A DNA stretch of 64,000 nt, from IMG/VR virus record IMGVR_UViG_3300029297_000002, positions 5,586 to 69,585 of that record; one strand, 5' to 3'. Positions 29,101-35,502 of this stretch are shown in pieces. The notes below the pieces were generated by a model, which made no database searches, was not told where the DNA came from, and saw only the letters and a list, made by a program, of their open reading frames with translations. Within the stretch, counting starts at the first letter, position 1, and the number at the start of each line of letters is the position of its first letter. The position numbers were made by a program, and so were the translations under genes. The stretch is from a virus. Its lineage: Duplodnaviria > Caudoviricetes.

Positions 29101-32100
29101 CTTTTGAAGTTGAAATTGGTTCCAAGTATGATGGTGGAGAAACAGATAAGGGCGTACTACGCATTGAGGATGAGGCAAAGGGTGGTACAGAAAACACCCT
29201 CTATACTCATTTTGCAGACTTTGCTAATTTTGTTTTTGCATGTTCGCCTTTGTTGAAGCCTTATGCCGGCACTGAAGCTCAATTGATTGCGGATAGTGAC
29301 AATTTGGTCCGTGACCATCAGTATTGGATTTTCAATTCTGGTTCAGACCGCTTTAATGTGTATTACTTTAACCCCGCAACCGCTAAGTTCGAGAAAATTG
29401 TCAAGGTTCCTACTGCGTGGGGAAGCGATGGCCGTGCTTATACTTATGGTAGTCCTAAACTTACTGAACAACTTGCTGGAATTGTTATCAGTGTTGATAC
29501 GGTTGATGGCAAGCAAAATATGACACTTGAAGAGGCAATGAATACTTTGGGGACATCAAATATGGATGTGCTTAATGACATTTTCTCTAAGGCTCGTGTT
29601 GCATATTTTGCTGCTCACGCTTCTGCGTACCTCGACATTACTGATATTGTATTTCATCAGTCATTTGTCAAACTGGAGGCTTGCACGGATAACCGTACCA
29701 AGAACGTATATCCGTGGATTGATCCGGCGATTGACAAATTGGTTCGTTGGAAGCAGGACGACCTTGACACTATCAAGAAGACCGATAACCAAGGTCGTCA
29801 AACTAAGCCGTATTATGCGTTGGAACATACTAAAGATGCTAATGGCAGCAACTATTGGAATGGTGAGAACAACATTCTCTTTACTCTTATTGAGCGTGCA
29901 TATCCGGATCGTATGCGCAATATGATGCGTGACATCTTCACTCTTATGGCTCAAATTGCTGGAAGTGTAGAAGAATATATGCAGAAGCGTTATTATTGGG
30001 TTCAAGAGTATTTCCCGGCTGTGGCATATAATGAAACGAGCCGAGTGCTTTACGAAGTTGCTCAGGTGAAATTGATGAGTGGGCTTATCGATGTGAGTCA
30101 AGACCCAATCACACAGGCTGTAGGAGATCAGTTGGAGTGCGAGAAGCAGTTTATGAATCAGCGTTTACCGATGCTAATGTCATGGTGTGAGTATGAGACA
30201 GGTGGTGATGGCACCCTCAGTTTCCGTTCCGTGAATAACCAGCAGGGGCAGTCACCCACATACGACATAGAATACACCGCTTACCAGTATATTTATCCGA
30301 AGTTGGCGATTGGTGGTAGCATGGCAGCATTGTATGCCAAAAAAGATGGAGAGTGGGTTAATCAAGGTAGCGAGCCTTACCTCTGTGCCCCTGGAGAGAC
30401 TGTACGCTTCATTGTCAATACTGACTCCAATACTCAGTTTACACTGCGCTGGATGCACTATGCTAAGAGTATTGGCAATCTTGGTGCGCTTCCATGCGGA
30501 GAAGATGGTAATGTAAATATAACCGGAAGACGACTGAGAAAATTAGAGTGTTGGTCAGCAAACGGGGCTCCAATAGAATTTCATCCACGAGGAATCGTCA
30601 TATCAAATTGTCGTAATCTTGAAGAAATAGACTTCACTAATGCGTCAGCGTTCTCTGGTACGTTCTCTGCGGATTTGCCACGCCTACAATCGTTGTTACT
30701 GAGCGGTTCGTCATACACCAGTGTAACACTCCCCAAAACATCAACACTGACCGAAGTGGAGTTGCCGGGTACTGTTAATGCTATCACTGTTGATGGTCAG
30801 CCGAATCTTGTAAGTATGCTGGTTGAGGGAATGGAAAACCTGCGGACCCTGCGTATTATTGGGGAACATCAGATTCAGCAACAGACACAATCACTTATAC
30901 AACTTGCCTATACACAAGCTAAAAATCTCAATCTTGTTGAGATTGATAATGTATTATGGACAGGGTTTGCCGTAGATGCTATGATGTGGTTGCAGCAATT
31001 AGAAGCCAATTTGACTGGTAGTATTAGCTTGAGTGGTAATTTGTCATTCGACAATAAATTGGCATTGGCTAACACTTATGGGAACATTGATGATGCTGCT
31101 AATAAGTTGTTTATCAATTATACAAAGCGTGCAATTAACAGTATTTCTGTTAATGGTCCAACATACATAGCTGAAACTGGAATATACCAGTATAAACTGG
31201 TTTGCTCTCCTTCTACCGGTAATGATGTCGCTCTCAAAGATGGGAAATTGGCTATCAAATGGGGTATTGATGATAGTGCCAAAACTTATGGTACTTTTAT
31301 TGATTCTGCAAATGGTATTTTACAAGTTACCAAATTGGATGAAAGTGGCACTGATATGCGTTATTTGGCTCAGTGTGAGCTTACGAAAACCACAGGTACT
31401 ATTTTAACCGCAGAGTTTCAGGTAGGATTTTATCGGCGAGTGCCTAAAATTGGAGACTTTGCTTATGCAGACGGTACATTCGATGATCAATACATGAAAG
31501 ATAAGACATTGGTTGGTATTGTTTATAAACTTGACGAAATGTGGCAAGGTGACAATGAAGCAGAGCCTACTATTTTTACTGGTTATAATAAGCCGACAGA
31601 ATCTTTTAAGGAAACAAGGAAACTTGTGGGTTATCAAATTAGTGTTGACGCTAAAGAGAATATCCCATTCAAAAGCGAAAGTGGCTTTATCAATGCTGGT
31701 AGTTCTGTTTGGGGGCTTTATCCAAGTAGTGACACAAACGGACATGGTAGCATACAAGGTGAAATTAGTGCGGCTACTGGTATCTCCAGTATTTTCGATT
31801 TGCCTGGTATTGTCAATATTACAACCTGTGGCTTGACAGGTGGACCTAATAATGACTATCAGACAATCGGCAACTATCTTGACATCAACGAAGATGATGG
31901 GTTCAAAGATTATTCTGAAGCATCAGGCTGTGTAGTTGATTGGCAGGGAAAACAAAAAACGCAAGCAATTGTACGCCATGCGAATCAAATCATCAACGCA
32001 TATTTGCTTTCAGATGGAAATGAGTCTGTAGGCATTTATTTTACCGATGATGATGGTAATGAGCATCAATTGTCTGGTATTCCAACTACAGTGAAGGAGT

Positions 32101-32732
32101 TAGCCAACGCAATGGAAATACTTCATAAAGCCAATAATAACTTAACGAAATACCAACAGTTTCTCTATCCAGCAGGATATGGATGTTATCTCTATCAGCC
32201 TACAGTGAAGGAAGGAGAGCAACTTGATCCTCAATATGCTTCTGGGAACTGGTATTTACCGGCTTGTGGCGAATTGTATCGCCAGTATAGTTTCTTTGCG
32301 AAATCCAGAACTGGAGGTATGAATGAGACCTATCAAGAAGGCCAAGGTACCAGCCCGGCTAAGAGTGTAATTGACGATATGATTTTAGCGGCAATCAATT
32401 CTTCGGAGCCCAATGAAATAAAATCTAATGTCAATCCATCACACGTGGAATATGGCAATTATACTGGGCTTGAGATAGCCGCTATCAATCGATATTTCCA
32501 TTCATTAGTGGAAGCCGAGAAGCCAATCTACTCAATGATTCTATGGAGAGCTTTGATTGCTAACGGTGCATCTCCGTTCACCCAGCACAGCGCAGGCGGC
32601 CACTGGTCATCCACTGAGAACAGTGCCGGCTACTCGTGGTACGTGTACTTCTACAGTGGTAACAGCGGCAACGGCTTCAAGTACAGCATTGGCGTGGTTC
32701 GCCCTGCTGTAGCCTATCAGTTTTTTCTTTAA
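26172..32732 (+). CDS. DGR target protein: large tail fibre/adhesin (LamG-like, CotH-like, LRR-like and C-terminal C-type-lectin-fold regions)
   Basis: 2186 aa; VRIYVNG..IGSDEADVDIYGVRIY (LamG-like), DNRTKN..QDDLD (CotH-like), NCRNLEEIDF/LPRLQSL (LRR-like), WYLPACGEL and HWSSTE..VVRPA (CLec) containing the VR. Confidence 0.85.
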   Translation: MAKNTVIRKTLTSLKEPWCNKELRESVDIEDIETFLKSQLGSKIGYPVIPQTKDTDGYYHLWGFADKAAYDDYMTDPDSNADLRLANIAIPLLEEQGGISNIVKLTRISSGSIVTSKPIASVEVSYLWQQYNPITQETTDQDEDATIVVSCRTQNSNGAWGSWDSSKEFTVNIQSGQTKAIDLSKLLTSDATYQVRLVATGETSGISASPVTMTIVYSNVAANYEGSIATAYQGASVQLPFRISGSVQKQLRIKINGYTKNYTLGTATYIDNTYGAVLSQAEFTLVRGAVKAEAWIAFGEGYTAETEHQEFQFIYIPEGDTSTTPILAVTDIMEEFQNWTRATIFRYAIYNPVQSETQLNIILQDRDTGQAYIQKSQVCVNGEEYAFDENFSMEYEGEEQPNIIHAQAVFTNAAGVTFGNNINFTVDNSENFAPTKGANVVISAEKQSIVIDEVKYELSDLLSNPKDTNTGWLSNLESDSTGAQVNVPVLSIGAGNRLTVPYELFNENTGQNINGVEGSITIEFDLKAKNIVGDAPIIDASAPFSQAYTGLKFYPTRVVCLSRNNFTEDICDAHYQEEVREHIAINIIRNLRGEGMNLVRIYVNGKSNRSFIYTDEDRFTPIGVAGAQNIVIGSDEADVDIYGVRIYKGQQLGSTQIQNDYMAGMPTIEDKKLFKRFNSIFNGTEIGYDLCNAMGLNTILRRIPEGGHYPSRENQSKQKNVAVDVRIYTERGNAESLDTKHSGTFTGMTDKGQGTSAKGYYWWNISDGFEDDEEISADEYNANDPTHYTEDGKYYKKISYFNSLDGVSQVYASKYELEEGRGGITKLVGKCNYASPMQSHKLGAIWAYDELWQSLVNNGSDGRPVLQDTHACCYEKPFLAFYQIGNGNPVFCGFQTWGSGKGDKKTFGYDKKKSPDYLCVSGADNGAIAALFQMPWIVNKNTQGAWEGNIYAKSVTINTGDIKNGYCYKSGNSDTLAFEVEIGSKYDGGETDKGVLRIEDEAKGGTENTLYTHFADFANFVFACSPLLKPYAGTEAQLIADSDNLVRDHQYWIFNSGSDRFNVYYFNPATAKFEKIVKVPTAWGSDGRAYTYGSPKLTEQLAGIVISVDTVDGKQNMTLEEAMNTLGTSNMDVLNDIFSKARVAYFAAHASAYLDITDIVFHQSFVKLEACTDNRTKNVYPWIDPAIDKLVRWKQDDLDTIKKTDNQGRQTKPYYALEHTKDANGSNYWNGENNILFTLIERAYPDRMRNMMRDIFTLMAQIAGSVEEYMQKRYYWVQEYFPAVAYNETSRVLYEVAQVKLMSGLIDVSQDPITQAVGDQLECEKQFMNQRLPMLMSWCEYETGGDGTLSFRSVNNQQGQSPTYDIEYTAYQYIYPKLAIGGSMAALYAKKDGEWVNQGSEPYLCAPGETVRFIVNTDSNTQFTLRWMHYAKSIGNLGALPCGEDGNVNITGRRLRKLECWSANGAPIEFHPRGIVISNCRNLEEIDFTNASAFSGTFSADLPRLQSLLLSGSSYTSVTLPKTSTLTEVELPGTVNAITVDGQPNLVSMLVEGMENLRTLRIIGEHQIQQQTQSLIQLAYTQAKNLNLVEIDNVLWTGFAVDAMMWLQQLEANLTGSISLSGNLSFDNKLALANTYGNIDDAANKLFINYTKRAINSISVNGPTYIAETGIYQYKLVCSPSTGNDVALKDGKLAIKWGIDDSAKTYGTFIDSANGILQVTKLDESGTDMRYLAQCELTKTTGTILTAEFQVGFYRRVPKIGDFAYADGTFDDQYMKDKTLVGIVYKLDEMWQGDNEAEPTIFTGYNKPTESFKETRKLVGYQISVDAKENIPFKSESGFINAGSSVWGLYPSSDTNGHGSIQGEISAATGISSIFDLPGIVNITTCGLTGGPNNDYQTIGNYLDINEDDGFKDYSEASGCVVDWQGKQKTQAIVRHANQIINAYLLSDGNESVGIYFTDDDGNEHQLSGIPTTVKELANAMEILHKANNNLTKYQQFLYPAGYGCYLYQPTVKEGEQLDPQYASGNWYLPACGELYRQYSFFAKSRTGGMNETYQEGQGTSPAKSVIDDMILAAINSSEPNEIKSNVNPSHVEYGNYTGLEIAAINRYFHSLVEAEKPIYSMILWRALIANGASPFTQHSAGGHWSSTENSAGYSWYVYFYSGNSGNGFKYSIGVVRPAVAYQFFL
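32586..32713 (+). repeat. DGR variable repeat (VR)
   Basis: 128-nt ungapped match to 33417-33544 with 19 mismatches, 18 of them at TR adenines. Confidence 0.97.
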
Positions 32733-32739
32733 TCTTCCT

Positions 32740-32764
32740 GGCGAGCTGCTTAAAGCAGCTCGCC
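32740..32764 (+). promoter_or_regulatory. DGR target-recognition hairpin/cruciform downstream of VR/IMH
   Basis: Perfect 11-bp stem GGCGAGCTGCT-TAA-AGCAGCTCGCC, 7 nt after the target stop, with no U tract. Confidence 0.8.
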
Positions 32765-32791
32765 TATAACCGTTAAATAAAACTAAAAAAT

Positions 32792-33307
32792 ATGGATATA
32801 AATGGAAAATCTATGACTTATGAGGAAGTGTGTGACTTGTTTGATAGTTCGCCTTTTAGCGAGCCTGATGACTCTGTTGTGCTTTCCAATGATGAAATAA
32901 ATCGTGCCCGTCGCAATAAAAGAGAAGCCCGTAAGAAGGCTACTGGATTTCAGAATACGCCTATTTACAGGTCATTGCACGCTTCTATGAGGCTTATCAT
33001 TGAGATTGTGCAATTGATGCCCAAGAAAACTGTAAAAGTATCTGACATCTTACTCCAAAATTTTACGGATATGATTCGCTGGACTGCGGCAGCATATAAT
33101 CATCAAGATGATTTTCTTAAACAAAATGCACTTGAAGAAGCTATTTCTTTAATGAGTGTGATTAAAATTACGCTCAATTGTATGTCCGGTCTCGTTAGCG
33201 CTACGAAGCACAAGCAGCTTATTGCGTCCTTTGACGCAGTGATACGTCAACTTGTAGCATGGCGTGGCTCACTAATACAAAGCCATGGTTCCGATGACGA
33301 AGCCTAA
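32792..33307 (+). CDS. avd: DGR accessory variability determinant (four-helix bundle)
   Basis: Helical 171-aa protein between target and TR; TPIYRS..MPKK and IRQLVAWR motifs. Confidence 0.8.
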   Translation: MDINGKSMTYEEVCDLFDSSPFSEPDDSVVLSNDEINRARRNKREARKKATGFQNTPIYRSLHASMRLIIEIVQLMPKKTVKVSDILLQNFTDMIRWTAAAYNHQDDFLKQNALEEAISLMSVIKITLNCMSGLVSATKHKQLIASFDAVIRQLVAWRGSLIQSHGSDDEA

Positions 33308-34775
33308 TAGCTGTAACATCGGAAGAGAGCTTGGAGCTTTGCTCGGATATGGGCGGCTGACTCCGTTTCATGGTATAAACTATGTTCGGAGTTACGAAGC
33401 TGCACAGCCGCATATAAACAGCGCAGGCAACCACTGGTCATCCACTGAGAACAGTGCCAACAACTCGTGGAACGTGAACTTCAACAGTGGTAACAGCAAC
33501 AACAACAACAAGTACAACACTAACGTGGTTCGCCCTGCTGTAGCTCATCCGACAAAGGCTTGGCTTCGATTAAGGGAATCTTTACAGGAAGCGTATGAAG
33601 ACTGTTGCCGAGGCAAGACTTCCAGTCAACAATTCCAGGATTACATTCCCATCGCTAACGAAGACTTGGACTTACTTACAACGGAACTAATAGAGAGAAC
33701 CTACAAACCAGGGACCTCTACCTGTTTCCTTGTAAGATTTCCTAAACTTCGAGAAGTATTTGCAGCAGCCTTCAGAGACCGTATCATTCATCACTGGATT
33801 TGTATGCGGTTGGTGCCTCATTTTGAAAAACTCAATGAAAATATCGGTAATGTAACTCATAACTGTCGAGTTGGGTTTGGAACCAAATCGGCAGTTGATG
33901 GGGTGTTTGAAGCCATCAAAGAAGTCACCTTCGATTATGGCATGGAAGCCTACTTATTCAGAGGAGACCTGGTAGGCTTCTTCATGTCATTGCCCCAGCG
34001 CCGTATGTGCGATAATCTGATTGATTTTGCACAAGCCGAATATCATGGTGATTTCAAGAATCTGCTGATATGGCTACTGGATGTGGTTGTGATGCACCGT
34101 CCTGAATTGAACTGTGTGTTTAATTCAGATCCAAAAGATTGGGCAGGATTGGCTCATAACAAATCATTGTTCAGGACCGGAGAAGGACGTGGTGCCCCAA
34201 TCGGGAATCTTACCACCCAATTATTTGCCAATTTCTATATGGCCGATTTCGATGCCTTTATGATGGATTGCGTGAAAAAACTGAGAGCAAGAGGCATCAG
34301 GGCTGCTTATCATCGTTTTGTGGATGATTTCATCTTGGTGTGTAATGATAAAGAAGCATTGAAGTGGTTGATACATGCTGTTGAAATTAAGATAAAATCT
34401 ATGGACTTGGTAATCCATAAGGACAAACGATACTTCCAGCCGGCCAGTCATGGAGTGCTATTCGTTGGCACATACATTAAGAATGGTCGATTGTATTTGA
34501 GCAATAGAACTATCGGACGATTCACTGATAAAGCTAAGGAAATCGCAGAATTTATGAAACAGCCAGCAAAAGAAATTACTTCAGCCGACCTTGATCATAT
34601 TCTTGCGACTCTCAACTCATATCTGGGTTTCTGTAAATACCGGCAAACTTATCGAATCCGTCGCAAAGCCATGCAACCGCTTATTTACTCCCAGGAGTTT
34701 AAGAGGTATTTCAAAATCAACAGAAATGTCTCTAAAGTTACCTTGAGGAAACAATGGAAGACTATTATTAGATAG
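33285..34775 (+). CDS. DGR reverse transcriptase (TR lies in frame within the 5' end of the ORF)
   Basis: PKLREVFAAAFRDRIIHH, GDLVGFFMS, GAPIGNLTTQLFANFYM, HRFVDDF, FVGTYI; no maturase or endonuclease domain. Exact start uncertain. Confidence 0.93.
   Translation: MVPMTKPNSCNIGRELGALLGYGRLTPFHGINYVRSYEAAQPHINSAGNHWSSTENSANNSWNVNFNSGNSNNNNKYNTNVVRPAVAHPTKAWLRLRESLQEAYEDCCRGKTSSQQFQDYIPIANEDLDLLTTELIERTYKPGTSTCFLVRFPKLREVFAAAFRDRIIHHWICMRLVPHFEKLNENIGNVTHNCRVGFGTKSAVDGVFEAIKEVTFDYGMEAYLFRGDLVGFFMSLPQRRMCDNLIDFAQAEYHGDFKNLLIWLLDVVVMHRPELNCVFNSDPKDWAGLAHNKSLFRTGEGRGAPIGNLTTQLFANFYMADFDAFMMDCVKKLRARGIRAAYHRFVDDFILVCNDKEALKWLIHAVEIKIKSMDLVIHKDKRYFQPASHGVLFVGTYIKNGRLYLSNRTIGRFTDKAKEIAEFMKQPAKEITSADLDHILATLNSYLGFCKYRQTYRIRRKAMQPLIYSQEFKRYFKINRNVSKVTLRKQWKTIIR
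33417..33544 (+). repeat. DGR template repeat (TR)
   Basis: AAC-rich copy of the VR (15 AAC codons in 42). Confidence 0.97.
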
Positions 34776-34786
34776 AAGAATATATT

Positions 34787-35440
34787 ATGAAACAGATTTG
34801 CAAATTCAATACACGACCGGCCACTATCAATAATGGCGGGCATAAAAAGGGACACTGGATAGTGTGGCTCAATCTTCAGGTATCAGAAATTGAGCAACTG
34901 TCAGAAAATCAGGATGAGCACTTTCAGGCTACCACGGAACGATTGGTGTTGGCCGACCGTTCTATATCTGCATTTCTTGATGCTGTAGATTCAGCTCATA
35001 TCGCAGAGGCGACCACTGAAGAACTGGAATCGATTTTGCGATTCTTCCAGTCCGAAAATGACGTTGAGGCATGGAAAGCGATTCGGAAAATGCAGATACA
35101 AGGTTATGACAATAGCGAAAAGGTCAATCTCTTTTATTTTGACGGCCTTGCCCTTTGGCTTGATAAGGCAACCAGAGTGGGGTTGGTCAATTCTATAACC
35201 ATTGAGAAGAAGGCTAAGCGTGGCACAACTTGTTTATGGTTTGGAAGCCATAGTGTCAATATCAATGTTGATGTTGCTCTGGAAATCTTGTCGCAACTTG
35301 AATTGTATGCGCATGAATGTTATAATGTTACCGCACAGCATTTGGCTCAAATAGATAAATGCAGCACAGTTGAAGCTCTTAGGGCATTTAGTATTTGTGC
35401 TGATTACCCTGAAATACTTCAGCTTAAAAATGCAGAATAA
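34787..35440 (+). CDS. DUF4376-like protein (possible fibre assembly chaperone)
   Basis: YDNSEKVN.F, WLDKATRVGL, LELYAHECYNVTAQH, DYPE. Confidence 0.6.
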   Translation: MKQICKFNTRPATINNGGHKKGHWIVWLNLQVSEIEQLSENQDEHFQATTERLVLADRSISAFLDAVDSAHIAEATTEELESILRFFQSENDVEAWKAIRKMQIQGYDNSEKVNLFYFDGLALWLDKATRVGLVNSITIEKKAKRGTTCLWFGSHSVNINVDVALEILSQLELYAHECYNVTAQHLAQIDKCSTVEALRAFSICADYPEILQLKNAE

Positions 35441-35475
35441 AGCTTGGTTTTGACACCATGCCATGAGAGTTTTGA

Positions 35476-35483
35476 CTATTCTT
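35476..35483 (+). promoter_or_regulatory. Putative late promoter motif CTATTCTT (copy 5)
   Basis: 27 nt before ATG 35503, downstream of the DGR cassette. Confidence 0.55.
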
Positions 35484-35502
35484 CATAAAGACTTAAAGTA
35501 CA

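Larger units (their letters stand above)
32586..34775 (+). mobile_element. Diversity-generating retroelement cassette (VR-hairpin-avd-TR-RT)
   Basis: All canonical parts present in order, with adenine-specific TR/VR differences. Confidence 0.95.

Noticed and set aside
33497-33512. (AAC)n microsatellite or phase-variation tract
   Set aside because: It is part of the AAC-rich TR and aligns without gaps to the VR.
33285-34775. RT as group II intron, retron or Abi RT
   Set aside because: The TR/VR pair with adenine-specific differences, adjacent avd and hairpin, and absence of maturase or endonuclease domains identify it as a DGR RT.
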